Of a DNA stretch of 64,000 nucleotides, positions 26,615 through 37,183 are shown piece after piece. This stretch comes from an uncultured Acidimicrobiia bacterium (GTDB lineage Bacteria > Actinomycetota > Acidimicrobiia > Spongiisociales > UBA5794), in the NCBI GenBank assembly GCA_963759175.1, contig CAVWXP010000008.1, positions 10,050 to 74,049 on the forward strand, given 5' to 3'. The translations under genes and the position numbers were made by a program. Below the pieces are notes generated by a model. It did not search any database, was not told the DNA's origin, and worked only from the letters and a program-made list of their open reading frames with translations. Positions within the stretch are counted from its first letter, which is position 1; each line of letters starts with the position of its first letter.

Positions 26615-29282
26615 TCAGTCGACCAGGTGAAGGAAGCGAGCGGCTGCAACCGCTTCACTGCGCTTCCCGGCGCCGAGCTTTCGGTAGATGATCTTGAGGT
26701 GGGATTTCACGGTGTTGCGGGAGATCATCAGCTCCTCCGCCAGTTCGGCATAGGTCATGTGGCTCGGCAAGAGCCTCAAGAGAGTCAACTCGCTCTGCGT
26801 GAGTGGTTCGAGAAGGGTGAACTCATGGACTCCGGGAGACGGTGGAGTCGCCGTTGATGCGGGAGCAATCAGATGCCCGCTGATGGCGACCGCGTTGTCG
26901 AACGTCGCACCAAACCTGGATCGCTCGTCGAGGAATCGCTGGATATGACCGGTCTCCGAGGCGAGGCGCATTGCGGCGGCAAGGGCGGTGATCGCATCCT
27001 CTTGTTCGCCTACCGTGAGCAGCCAGCGTGCCTCGACGAGGAACCCATCCATGCGATGCACAACCGTCACTTCTCGGTTGTCTGGAAGTGCCTCGAGCAG
27101 CGTTCGTGGATCCTGGCCTTGCTGCGCAACGAGCCATGCTTTCAACAGGGCGTGTCGGATCGAGGGCCCCCCGACATCTTCGAATTGCCCGATCAACTCT
27201 GCTGCCTTGTCGACATCTCCTTCGAGCAAGTGGAACCGCACGGATTCCTCGAGGATCCGGTCGTGGTACACACCCTTAACGTGACGCCCTGCTGGCGTGA
27301 TCCGTGCGCGATCGAGTTCCTTGCGAACGGACGCCATATCGCCAAGGGACCACGACGCACGCGCCCGGACAAGATGCGCCTCGACGAACGCCGGGACATA
27401 CGCGCTCGTGTCGATCCTATCCATGACTGGATCGAGGAGTTCGAACACGTCCTGCAGTTCGCCCCGTTCCCAGGCGACACGTGCTGCGGGAACCGTCACC
27501 ATGCCGAACTGTGTCGTCGAGCCGAAGCCGGACGACATGAGTTCGTCTCTGGAGGAGAACGTCAGAGCCTCGACCTCGCTGAGCTGACCGCGACCAAACT
27601 CCAGATTCGCTCGCTTCGTGATCCCGTCGGCCCGATTCGCCGGAATCTTGCTCTCGGGGGAGAAGATCCACTCGTACCATCGCTCGAGTTGTCGCATACC
27701 CAAGCTGTACTGCTCATCAGCGGACAGGAGAGCACCGAATACCGACTCGACGAAGCCGTTCTTGCCGGGCACGCCTGCCATCCCCTTGACCAACTCAACG
27801 ACGCGGGCAAGGTCTCCCCTGCGATACGCAGACATCGCGATCGCTTCATCCAGGAACTGAGCAGAGGTCATTCCAAGCGGCCCCGTTTCACCTATCCACG
27901 CATCATCGACTGAACTATCCCGAGCCTCGATGAGTCCGTCGATGGCATAGTCGAGGACGTGATCGAGCTCTGATTCGGGTTTGTCAAGGTAGACAGCGGC
28001 CATACACCACGCCGTACGCATGAGAATTGACACGTCCGAACTCAAGCTGTTGAGCTCGCTGATCATGTCGTAGAGGGTGGACGCCTGGCCTGCGCCGAGC
28101 AATTCCGGGAGAGCCTCGGTGATCCAAACGTCGACCTCGTCGGCGACGCCACCTCGCGCAGCGAGCGAAACCGCCTCGAGCGTGTTCCCATGACCGTGCA
28201 TCCATCGTGCCGCAACCCCACACAGGTCTGCGGCACGCTTCGGCTGCTGACGCCACAGGACTGCTCGCATCGACATCTTGAGTATGTCGTGGTAGGCGTA
28301 TTCGGTACCGCCGTCGTTGCTTGCGCTCGTGAACAACCCCGATTGCTCGAGTTGGTGGAGAATCGCTGCGCTGTCCGCCCTCCCTGTGAGGTGATCGCAC
28401 AGCTCCGTCGGCATGACGTCGAGGATCGAGGTGTCGAGGAGGAACTGTCTTTCGGCGCCATCGAGATGATCAAGGACCTCCTCGACCAGGTAGCGACCAA
28501 CGGCGTCATAGGCGCCATCGAAGGACCCCACCGCCGGCACTTCTGAAATCGACGCTTCGGTACCACGGAACGATGCTGCCCCGGCAGCAAGCCGAATCCC
28601 GCCGATCCACCCCATGGCTCGGCGATTCAGCTCCGTTCGCGACGCTGTCCGTGGTCTCGTGGCCGTAGACCCTGGTGATGAGATCGGTGGCCTCCGCGTC
28701 GGTGCACCTCAGGTGAGCGGTCCTGATCTCGAGCAGGTCCCCCGAAACGCGATACCGAGAGATGCTGAAGGAAGGATCCGACCGCCCGATGAGAACGATG
28801 TGGACCCGCTCGGGCATCTGGGCCACGACCTGCGCCAGAAGATCGCTTGAGCCACCCGCGGACAGGGCCTGGATGTCATCGATGACCAGGATGCACGAGT
28901 CAGAGCCCTCAGCGAATGCGGCCGACATCGCGTCAATTGCACGCACGAGGCCGTTCGACGGGTTCGACATGACCTCGAGGGTCGCGCCTGCGACATCCGG
29001 GTAGACGGTCGCCACGGATTCCACGAGATGCGTTGCCAGCCTGACCGGGTCGTTGTCATACCGATCGAGCGAGAGCCAACCGACGGGAAGTTCCGGGTGG
29101 TAGGACAGCCAGTCTGCAACCAACCAGGTCTTCCCGAACCCCGCAGGCGCCGTCACGACGGTGATCCGATGGTCGAGGATTCCCTCGGACAACGCGAGCA
29201 ACGCTCTTCGCTCGATGGCGGATGCGGGCAACCGAACAGGTCGGACCTTCGTTGGGACGGCCGTGACCTGTTGTTCACCCAT
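26615..29282 (-). CDS. LAL-family (MalT-like) large ATP-binding LuxR-type transcriptional regulator, one frameshift
   Basis: Walker A ITVVTAPAGFGKTW, central helical/TPR-like region and C-terminal LuxR HTH (ELAEELMISRNTVKSHLKIIYRKLG). The two ORFs are joined across a GGGG run near 28611. Confidence 0.8.
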
Positions 29283-29343
29283 GAGGAATCCAGACTCTCG
29301 TGCCGACACTATACGGATGGCGAGGCCGCTCACCGACCGAAAA

Positions 29344-29358
29344 CACCCCATTCGGGTG
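29344..29358. promoter_or_regulatory. palindrome variant CACCCCATTCGGGTG in divergent LAL-regulator / AI-2E promoter region
   Basis: One mismatch to the CACCCG-N3-CGGGTG core. 62 bp upstream of the LAL start. Confidence 0.45.
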
Positions 29359-29368
29359 AGGCAGGCAC

Positions 29369-30517
29369 ATGGCATCAACGGATACATTCGCCAGACCAAC
29401 AGCGAGCCAAGGAGCACCGGTGGCTGCCAAGCAAGACACGCAGATCCAGATGGATGGAGTCACCAGCACCGGCCGCAAGGCATGGGGTTTCGTGGGGATC
29501 ATCGTCCTCTCGGTGATCATCTATGTCGCGCTCGCATCCCTCTCGGGCCTTGTCATCCCGCTCATCGTGGCTTCGGTGATCGGCGCACTCTTCGTTCCTC
29601 TCGTCGATCGGCTCGCAGGGTTCCTTCCGAGGAAGGGAGCCGCTGCCATCGTGCTCGTCGGTCTTCTCGTCGTCGGGTTCGGGGCGGTGGCCGTCGCCGT
29701 GAACGGGGTCGTCGACCAGGGGCCCGAGATTCGGGTCCAGATGGCCAGCGGTATCGAGACGATCCGGGAATGGCTTGCCGATGCAGGAATCGACATCTCG
29801 AGCGGCGAGCAGGTCGTCGACAGCGGCGAGGAGTCCATCACAGATATGGCTCCCGGCCTGACATCATTGGTCGGCTCGATCTTCTCGAGCGCCGGCGCTT
29901 TCGTGGCGGGAACGGCAGTGTCGCTCTTCCTGCTGTTCTACCTCCTCACTGACTGGAAGATGATGACCGAGTGGGCGGGAACCCACCTGGGGCTTCCCCG
30001 GGACCTGGGGGCGGGAGTCGTCGACGACGCTGTCTGGTCGGTTCGCAGATACTTCTATGCGCTCACGCTCACAAGCCTTTTCACAGCGGTCGTCATCGGG
30101 ATAACCGCCGCCATCATCGGTGTTCCCCTCGCCTTCACGATCGCCCTCGTCACCTTCATCACGTCGTACGTTCCGTACGTCGGGGCATTCGTGTCCGGTG
30201 CCTTCGCTGTTCTGATAGCCCTGGGAGGCGGCGGGATCGAGGATGCCCTGGTGATCCTCGCAGTGATTCTGCTCGTCCAGATCGTGCTCCAGCCAATTCT
30301 CCAGAATCGCATGACGGCGTCGGAACTCGACCTGAATCCCGTCGTGAGCTTCGGATCGACGATCGTCGGTGGAGCATTCGCCGGTGTGCTCGGAGCGACG
30401 CTGTCCGCACCCGTCGTAGCCGCGGTCATTCGCATCAACGCCCGCGTCAAGGACTACGAGCAGCACGGACAGGTCGACCGAACCAACGCTGCCACCCATG
30501 GTGGCGACGGGTCGTGA
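29369..30517 (+). CDS. AI-2E family transporter (UPF0118/PerM-like)
   Basis: Eight TM helices with the AI-2E pattern (...LLFYLLTDW...ITSYVPYVGAFVSG...). The true start may be the Met at 29450. Confidence 0.75.
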   Translation: MASTDTFARPTASQGAPVAAKQDTQIQMDGVTSTGRKAWGFVGIIVLSVIIYVALASLSGLVIPLIVASVIGALFVPLVDRLAGFLPRKGAAAIVLVGLLVVGFGAVAVAVNGVVDQGPEIRVQMASGIETIREWLADAGIDISSGEQVVDSGEESITDMAPGLTSLVGSIFSSAGAFVAGTAVSLFLLFYLLTDWKMMTEWAGTHLGLPRDLGAGVVDDAVWSVRRYFYALTLTSLFTAVVIGITAAIIGVPLAFTIALVTFITSYVPYVGAFVSGAFAVLIALGGGGIEDALVILAVILLVQIVLQPILQNRMTASELDLNPVVSFGSTIVGGAFAGVLGATLSAPVVAAVIRINARVKDYEQHGQVDRTNAATHGGDGS

Positions 30518-30548
30518 CGGACAACCAGGTCCCGGACCACAAGGAGCG

Positions 30549-30947
30549 ATGATGGCAAGGGAAACAAGCGGCTGGGCTGTTGGCTGGACGATGTTCGCCG
30601 CGATCATGATGCTGATGATGGGCGGCTGGTGGATCATCGCCGGATTCGTCGCGGTCGTGAACGACGAGTTCTTCGTCGTCACGCAGGACTGGATCTTTCA
30701 ATTCGATGTCTCGACGTGGGGCTGGATCCACCTCATCATCGGGGCGATCGTGCTCATCGCAGGATTCGGTCTGTTCACGGCCGCGACCTGGTCTCGGGTC
30801 GTGGGAGTCATCCTCGCCGTGCTTTCGGGCCTCATCGCCTTCGCATGGCTGCCCTGGTATCCGGTCTGGGGTGCGATATTCATCGCCGTATCGATCTTCG
30901 TCGTGTGGGCACTCACAGCCCATGGCGAAGACATAACACACGCATAG
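30549..30947 (+). CDS. hypothetical Trp-rich 4-TM membrane protein
   Basis: AAGGAG Shine-Dalgarno 7 bp upstream; strongly hydrophobic. Confidence 0.5.
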   Translation: MMARETSGWAVGWTMFAAIMMLMMGGWWIIAGFVAVVNDEFFVVTQDWIFQFDVSTWGWIHLIIGAIVLIAGFGLFTAATWSRVVGVILAVLSGLIAFAWLPWYPVWGAIFIAVSIFVVWALTAHGEDITHA

Positions 30948-30966
30948 GAACGGCGTAGATTCCCTC

Positions 30967-31275
30967 ATGACGGCCGAACCCATGTCAAACACCGAGACCC
31001 TCTTCGACAAGCACGTGTATCAGTTCCTCGCGGGAGGAGCCGTCCTTCTTGTCGTCACGGGAACGATCGTCTACCGAATCCTCGAGGACTGGAGTTGGGT
31101 CGATTCCGTCTACTTCAGTGTTGTTGCCATAACGACGGTTGGGTTCGGTGATCTGAGCCCGTCGACGGATGCGTCGAAGATCTTCACTGTGGTGTACATC
31201 ATGGTGGGGATATCGCTGATCACGACCTATCTGAACGCACGGCTCAAGGTCAGGGCCGCCAAGCGCATCGGCTGA
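30967..31275 (+). CDS. minimal two-TM potassium-channel-like protein (pore helix plus TVGFGD filter)
   Basis: TM1, pore helix YFSVVAITTVGFGD (K+ selectivity-filter-like; F replaces the usual Y), then TM2. 102 aa. Confidence 0.55.
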   Translation: MTAEPMSNTETLFDKHVYQFLAGGAVLLVVTGTIVYRILEDWSWVDSVYFSVVAITTVGFGDLSPSTDASKIFTVVYIMVGISLITTYLNARLKVRAAKRIG

Positions 31276-31334
31276 CGTCTGTGCGCGGGCCACGGTCTAG
31301 CCAGGCGGTCCTGAGCCTGTTGATCTCCGGCACA

Positions 31335-31349
31335 CACCCGAATCGGGTG
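31335..31349. promoter_or_regulatory. palindrome CACCCGAATCGGGTG followed by ATG (copy 3)
   Basis: 61 bp upstream of the lipoprotein gene (31414), in the same orientation relative to the gene as the other copies. Confidence 0.55.
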
Positions 31350-31413
31350 ATGATTCGAACTCGATTTCGTGACAGGTTGCCAGCATCAACTCATGGCCAG
31401 AGAGAGGGCAGCA

Positions 31414-32283
31414 ATGCGTCGCTTCCGCAACATTCCAAACGTGATCCTCATGGTGGTTCTGGCCCTGGCGGTCGGACTCGCCGCGTGCGACAGCGACACT
31501 TCCATCGAATTGCGCCCCGAGGATGGGACCGCAGCTCCAGAATCCCCTGAGGCCACCACGCCACCCGAGACGGCACCTCCCGAAACCCCAGATGTGGGAG
31601 GCAACGGTGACGCCGCTCAACCCGCCGACGGAGAAGACGGCGACGGTATCCCGCCCTGGGTGTGGATCGTCGGACTTCTTGCGCTCGTCGGACTCGTCTC
31701 GTGGCTCGGAGCGCGCTCAGGGTCCAATCGTTCAGAACCCGCCGATGCAGCTCAACCTCCGCCAACTCCGGACGAACCAGCGGCCGCGGCCGTTCGCCAA
31801 GCGCTTGGTGATGCCCAATGGCTCCACGACAAGTTCGACACGATTGCGGTCGTCTCCCATGCCGACGCGACATATGCATCCACCACGAACCCGGATTCCC
31901 CACCGCCCCTGTCTACAGATTGGGATGCGATTCCGTCACGTCTCGCCGATGCGAGAAGCAGCCTCACTACGGCATCAGGGGTGACACGTGATCCAGCAAT
32001 CGCCAACGCATGCACGCAGCTGATGTCGCATATGGATTCGACGAGCACGGCCATCTCCGGTTGCCACGACGCTCGGGTTGCTCGTCGGGCAGCCGATGAC
32101 GGTCTACCCAACGCAATTCCGCAACAAGAAGCGTGGGCTGCGGATCAGCGAGCCCAGGACGACCTGTCGGTTTCGCGGTCCGCCCTGCAGGTCGGGATGC
32201 GACCGCCTCGTCCGCGCGCGGCATCTGAGCATTCAGGCGAGGCCTCGGCGATCCGGTCCCGGGCGAAAGGGAACATGAAATGA
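31414..32283 (+). CDS. Pro/Glu/Thr-rich lipoprotein with a second TM segment
   Basis: Lipobox LAAC after a signal peptide. A low-complexity acidic/proline region, then a TM helix. Confidence 0.45.
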   Translation: MRRFRNIPNVILMVVLALAVGLAACDSDTSIELRPEDGTAAPESPEATTPPETAPPETPDVGGNGDAAQPADGEDGDGIPPWVWIVGLLALVGLVSWLGARSGSNRSEPADAAQPPPTPDEPAAAAVRQALGDAQWLHDKFDTIAVVSHADATYASTTNPDSPPPLSTDWDAIPSRLADARSSLTTASGVTRDPAIANACTQLMSHMDSTSTAISGCHDARVARRAADDGLPNAIPQQEAWAADQRAQDDLSVSRSALQVGMRPPRPRAASEHSGEASAIRSRAKGNMK

Positions 32284-32636
32284 CGACTGAGGGAAGTCCC
32301 TCCCCGACTCGTCTGGCAGAACAACGGACCTACTTGGCGGCCGAGCGGACGCTCTTCGCCGTGCTGCGGACTGGTTTGGCCATCGCTGCCGGAGGCTCGG
32401 TGATCGTCTCCTTGCTTGGGGACCGCTGGCCATCGTGGATCCAGGTCCCCCTCGCGTCCGTGTTCCTCGTCGTGGGTTACGCCTTGGTACTCCTGGGCCT
32501 TCGCCGCTACCAAAATATCGCGAGGCGAGTCGAAGCTCGGGGTGGGAAGGAGCTCGACATCGTTCCCGTTCGCACCATGACGATCCTCACCTACTCGCTC
32601 GAGATCGCGATCACGGTGGTCGTCGTCCTTTTCTGA
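32280..32636 (+). CDS. DUF202 (YidH-like) membrane protein
   Basis: LAEQRTYLAAERTLFAVLRTGLAIAAGG matches the DUF202 signature. ATGA overlap with the upstream gene. Confidence 0.6.
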   Translation: MTTEGSPSPTRLAEQRTYLAAERTLFAVLRTGLAIAAGGSVIVSLLGDRWPSWIQVPLASVFLVVGYALVLLGLRRYQNIARRVEARGGKELDIVPVRTMTILTYSLEIAITVVVVLF

Positions 32637-32903
32637 CCGGCTCGTTCAACAGCTGAGGGCCGGACCGGACGCATCCGATCACCTCCCGCCCGATGGCACC
32701 AGAGCCGGTACCACCAAAGGGGGGCGACCTCACGGTCGCCCCCCCCTCGTGTACGCGTTGTCCGACTGCTACTGCCTCGCCATCATCCTCTGATACTTGA
32801 GGTCGTCTGGCTCGAGATGGCTGACATCGTCATCCTCGAGGTCGATCCGAACCCAGTTCAGCGTGCCCTGATATGCAATCGCGGCACCAGGGAGCTTTGG
32901 CGA

Positions 32904-34573
32904 TCATCCCTCGTCCGATGATTCGTCTGCGATCCAGACATGACCGCGGTCGATCGCCTCCTCGACCTCGGCTCGCATCTCGGCTCTCGCTTGGCTCACG
33001 TTCCCTTCGCCGATCGAGGCCGCTGCCCCCGTCACCTCGAGTTGAGCGAGGGCGGTCTCCTCGACTCCTACCAACTGGAGGCGGCACGACGCAGACTCCA
33101 ACGCCTTGGCATACCGCTGAAGCGTGTCGGTGAAGGTGGTCCCGAGGTCCTCCAACCCTCGCAAACGGAGAATCACGACAGAACGTTCGGAGTCGTCGGT
33201 GATGACTGGCAGGAGTTCCTCGAATACGGCTGCGGAGGCGAAGAAGACTGACCCGTATGGTTGGAGAACGATCACCTCGCGACGACCGACGGCCTCGGGA
33301 GCGTCCGATTCGACGGCTCCCTTGTCGGTCAGCTCGATGCGGCGGATCGAGACATTCGCCGAACTCCCGATGATGTAGAGAAGCATGGAGAGGACCACTC
33401 CAACGAGGACCGCGTATTGCAGGGGGATCACGATCGTGAGCACCAATGTCGCTCCCATGCCGATTCTCTGGATCCTTCCTGCATTCCAGATGGCCACGAT
33501 CTCGGGAACCTTCACCGTTCGGTACCCGACGACCATCAGAAGGGCCGCCAGGGCGGGCATGGCTATGTATCCGACCACGCCGGCCAGGAAGATGATCGTG
33601 ACGGCCATGACGCCACCGGCGATGAGCTGGGCGAGGGATGTACGCATCCCAGCTTCTTTCACGAGGGACGTCGCAGAAGCCGAACCCCCGACGGGCATGC
33701 CACGGAACAGCCCAGATACCAGGTTGCCGACTCCCTGACCGATGAAGTCCTTCGAGGCGTCCCCGTAGCTGCCGTCCGGATTCGGGAACGCACTGGTGAT
33801 TCCCGCTCCTTGGACGAGGCCCACAAACGCGAGGGCGATCGCCGGGATGATCAGCGATGGAACGGCATCGAGCACGGGAATGCTCGGAACAGGCAACCCG
33901 CTCGGGATGTCTGCGATCGACCGCAGTTGGAGCACGTCGCCACCGAAGGCCAGAGCTGCAACAGAACCAGCAGCAACCGCGACAACCATCCCGAGAGCGC
34001 CCAGTCGAGTCCGTTCCAAAAGGACGATCGCCGCGACTGTCCCCAGTCCGATTGCGAGTGTGGCCGAATCGACCTGCAATGGGTGCGCTACGAGGTCCAG
34101 GGTTCGTGCGAGCCTGTTGCTCCCCTCTGCCGCGTAGCCGGTGAAATTGTCGAGCTGCCCAAGGACGATGTTGATCCCAACGGCGCTCATGAAGCCCACC
34201 ATCACCGACTTCGAGACGAATCGGAGGATGAATCCGAGCTTCAGGAGGCCAGCGACGAGCATGACAACCCCGGTTAGGAGCGCGAGGCGAAGAGAACACG
34301 ATCGGCGTCTTCGCCGACTCGTACGATGCCGACGTCAGCCACCACCAGACTCATGGCTCCCGTCGCCTGGACAGTCATGTACACGGTCGATGTGGCAAAT
34401 GCTGCCCCCACCATGCCGTACAGATATCCGTACAGGCCGAATACGGGGTTCACCCCCGCGACGAGGCCTTGTGCAAGGCCGTCGGGAATACTCTCGACAC
34501 CAAGCACGAGTCCCGCTACCGAGTCCCGCTTGAGGTGAGCCGGATCGAATCTCGCACGAATCCGTTCGAGCAT
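32904..34573 (-). CDS. SulP-family anion transporter with STAS domain (second copy), one frameshift
   Basis: N-terminal SulP signature (GLAQGLVAGVNPVFGLYGY) in ORF 34274..34573 and the transporter body plus STAS in 32904..34262. The frames join near 34270-34290. Confidence 0.75.
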
Positions 34574-34580
34574 GGGCCAG

Positions 34581-35930
34581 CTAACTCCTTCGATCCGTCA
34601 TGGCACGACGATGCAGCGATCGACACGACGCTTCATCACCCGTTTCGGGTGCTTCGGGCGGGACGGAATGCCGTGCTGACGCATCAGCCGGTTTCGGCAC
34701 CCCGAGCTTGGTGATCTCCGACGGGGCTCGGCCCGAGACGAGGAGTCGACACATGAGCTTCATGGCTGGATCGATGTGGGAGAACAGCCCCTTGTATGAC
34801 GGGCAGAGGTAGTTGAGCCCGGGGTCGCCATCCGGGGTCTCGGTGAACCGGTTCCGTGGGCACCCGCCGTGGCACGCGAAACGGACGTCGCAGTCGAGGC
34901 AATACTCTGGAAGGGTGTCGCGCTTGGCCCGTCCGAACGCCTTCTGCTTGTCGGAGGCTACGAGGTCGATCATCGGGGTCTCGGTGATGTTGCCCAGTAG
35001 ATGGTCGGGCTCGACGAAGTGATCACACGAGTACACATCGCCGTTGTGTTCCATCGCCAGGGCCAGTCCACACGTCTCCTGATGGATGCACAGTCCTCCC
35101 GGCTCGCCGTACCAGCTTGCGAGAGCAGTATCGAACGTCTGGACGTACACCTCACCGACGTCACGCTTCACCCACTCATCGAATATCTCGATGAGGAAGC
35201 GGCCGTATCCCCCCGGCGACACCGAGCGGTCGGTCACGAACGTGCCCGTCTGCGTATACAAGGGCCGCTTGTCCTTCTTCGACGTAGACCATCCGAGATT
35301 CGCCAGCGGGAGGAATGTCTCCGTGGACCGCTCGATGATCGGAATGAACTGGATGAATCGCGCCCCGAGTTCGTCACGGAAGAACCGATACACCTCGGGG
35401 CCCCGCTTCTCGTTCGCGGCATGAACGGTGCACAGAATGTTCACATCCACCCCGGCCTCGATGAGGTGCCGGTGACCGCCCATCACGCGGTCGAACGAGC
35501 CAACCCCGCGACGATCGGTCCGATACGCATCATGCACATCCTTCGGCCCGTCAACGGAGAGTCCAACGAGGAACCCGTTCTCCCTGAAGAACTCGGCCCA
35601 CCGATCATCGATGAGAACCCGTTCGTCTGGATCGTGTAATCGATCTGCTGGCCCGGTCGACGGTGCCGGTCAACGAGTTCAACAGACCGACGGAAGAAGT
35701 CGAGCCCCATCATTGTCGGTTCGCGCCCTGCCATGCCACGGTGACATTCGGGGTCTTATGGGATTCGAGTAGCTGCCTCAGGTACTCCTCGAGCAACTCG
35801 TCAGCCATCCGGAACCGATCACCGGGATACAGCATCTCCTTCGACAGGAAGAAGCAGTAGTCACAATCGAGGTGCAGATCGGTCCGGTCGGCTTCGCCAA
35901 CATGTGATAGGCCGGAGGCTTGACCGCCAT
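34581..35930 (-). CDS. anaerobic sulfatase-maturating enzyme-like radical SAM/SPASM protein (AslB/AtsB family), at least three frameshifts
   Basis: HMLAKPTGPIC...DCDYCFF (CxxxCxxC region), GLDFFRRSVELVDRH...IQTNG, and a SPASM Cys cluster (CIHQETC...CDHF...CLDCDVRFACHGGCP). The pieces are in different frames via single-base deletions. AAGGAG Shine-Dalgarno upstream of 35930. Confidence 0.7.
34633..34650. promoter_or_regulatory. palindromic motif CATCACCCGTTTCGGGTG (copy 4)
   Basis: 60 bp upstream of the SulP #2 start codon. It lies within the doubtful 3' tail of the anSME ORF. Confidence 0.55.
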
Positions 35931-36000
35931 CAGTGACTGACTCCTTCAGGTGAGCGACTCCGGGAGGACACTGCCTCCGAAGACCGATGCGCGATGCGAG

Positions 36001-36786
36001 TTATGCCTCGGGTGCGGCCTCTTCCTCTTGTTCATCATCTGCCGGTTCTTCCTCTTTCGCAACTGCTGCACCGTCAGGGGTGTCGACGGTATCCACGACG
36101 GCCGCCACCTCGTTGTACGTGACGCCATCTTCGTCAGCGACCGCAGTCCGAATGTCGACGGCACCCTCGGTTGCATCGATGCTGAACACGGCAAGCTCGT
36201 CAGCGCTTGCAACGACTTTCCTGGCCGCTACGCCGTCCTCGGTGACCACCACGGCCATGAGAACGTCCTCTTCGGCTGCAAGGTGATCGCGGATGATGGC
36301 CGAGATCTCCTGCGCTGTGGCCATCGTCTCTTCATCGGTCGACTCGGACCTGACTGCCTCGATGAACGCCGTGCTGGTCGTCACGACAATCGCCGACGAG
36401 CCCTCCGGAAGAGCAGCGCCGAGCTCGTCGAGCGATCGATTGTCAAAACCCGCATCAGAGTGTGCCGCGACCCCACCGACCGCTGCGCCGGCGCCTGCCC
36501 CGAGTGCCACTCCGGCTGGTCCACCCAACACACCGATGAGTCCACCGATCAGCGCTCCGATTCCTGCTCCCTTGCCGGTGCTCATGTCACCGGATTCATT
36601 GATGTGTACGTGCCCGCCCGTGTCCCGGCGGACAATGGCCGCATCCTCGAAGTCGATCAAGCCATCCATGCGTACTTGTCGGGCCCTGTCCAAGGTCTCC
36701 TTGGCTGCTGATTCATCGCCGTACGCCGCAATCACGACACCGACCCCGATTGGGCCCTCTACCTGGGATTCATCGCTCACGATCAT
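36001..36786 (-). CDS. DUF1269-family protein (tandem repeat, Gly-zipper membrane segment)
   Basis: VIAAYGDESAAKETLDRARQVRMDGLIDFEDAAIVRRDTGGHVHINE followed by a GxxxG-rich segment. The second half repeats the fold. Confidence 0.6.
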   Translation of the reverse strand: MIVSDESQVEGPIGVGVVIAAYGDESAAKETLDRARQVRMDGLIDFEDAAIVRRDTGGHVHINESGDMSTGKGAGIGALIGGLIGVLGGPAGVALGAGAGAAVGGVAAHSDAGFDNRSLDELGAALPEGSSAIVVTTSTAFIEAVRSESTDEETMATAQEISAIIRDHLAAEEDVLMAVVVTEDGVAARKVVASADELAVFSIDATEGAVDIRTAVADEDGVTYNEVAAVVDTVDTPDGAAVAKEEEPADDEQEEEAAPEA

Positions 36787-36887
36787 TCGCTCCTTCTGGG
36801 TGTCCTCACTGGTGCCTGACGCGGATGATGGATCCGCTGCAGGCTCTGTCGTCCATGACGCATGGTCAAGGATCCGACACCGAGCGG

Positions 36888-36905
36888 CATCACCCGTTTC
36901 GGGTA
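36888..36905. promoter_or_regulatory. palindromic motif CATCACCCGTTTCGGGTa (copy 5)
   Basis: The 17-mer CATCACCCGTTTCGGGT is identical to copy 4. 102 bp upstream of DUF1269 #2, in the divergent region shared with the MBL hydrolase. Confidence 0.55.
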
Positions 36906-37183
36906 TTGCGAAGCCATCCAGGTCGGGTGCGCGACCGCCCGAGATCGTTCCACAGGCCGGTCGTCCGTGGCGCCGGAAGCGGGACCGGATCCACCTACGA
37001 CGAGAACCTCCGGTTGCGTGACGTCATGATCCACGATGTTGACAATGCGCGAGGCGCTCGGGTTCTCAACAGGGCCCGACAAGCAGCACACACGATGGTG
37101 CGTCACCGTTTCGAGGATCGGAAGGGCCGTCGCCGCCAACACGCGTAGGGTTGGCGACCTGAGCGGCGATCTGGAAAGGCTCG

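Noticed and set aside
29161-29952. 263-aa Arg-rich ORF (+)
   Set aside because: Spans the LAL-regulator start and the AI-2E transporter in another frame. Shadow ORF.
32830-34299. 489-aa Arg-rich ORF (-)
   Set aside because: Alternative frame of the SulP #2 transporter.
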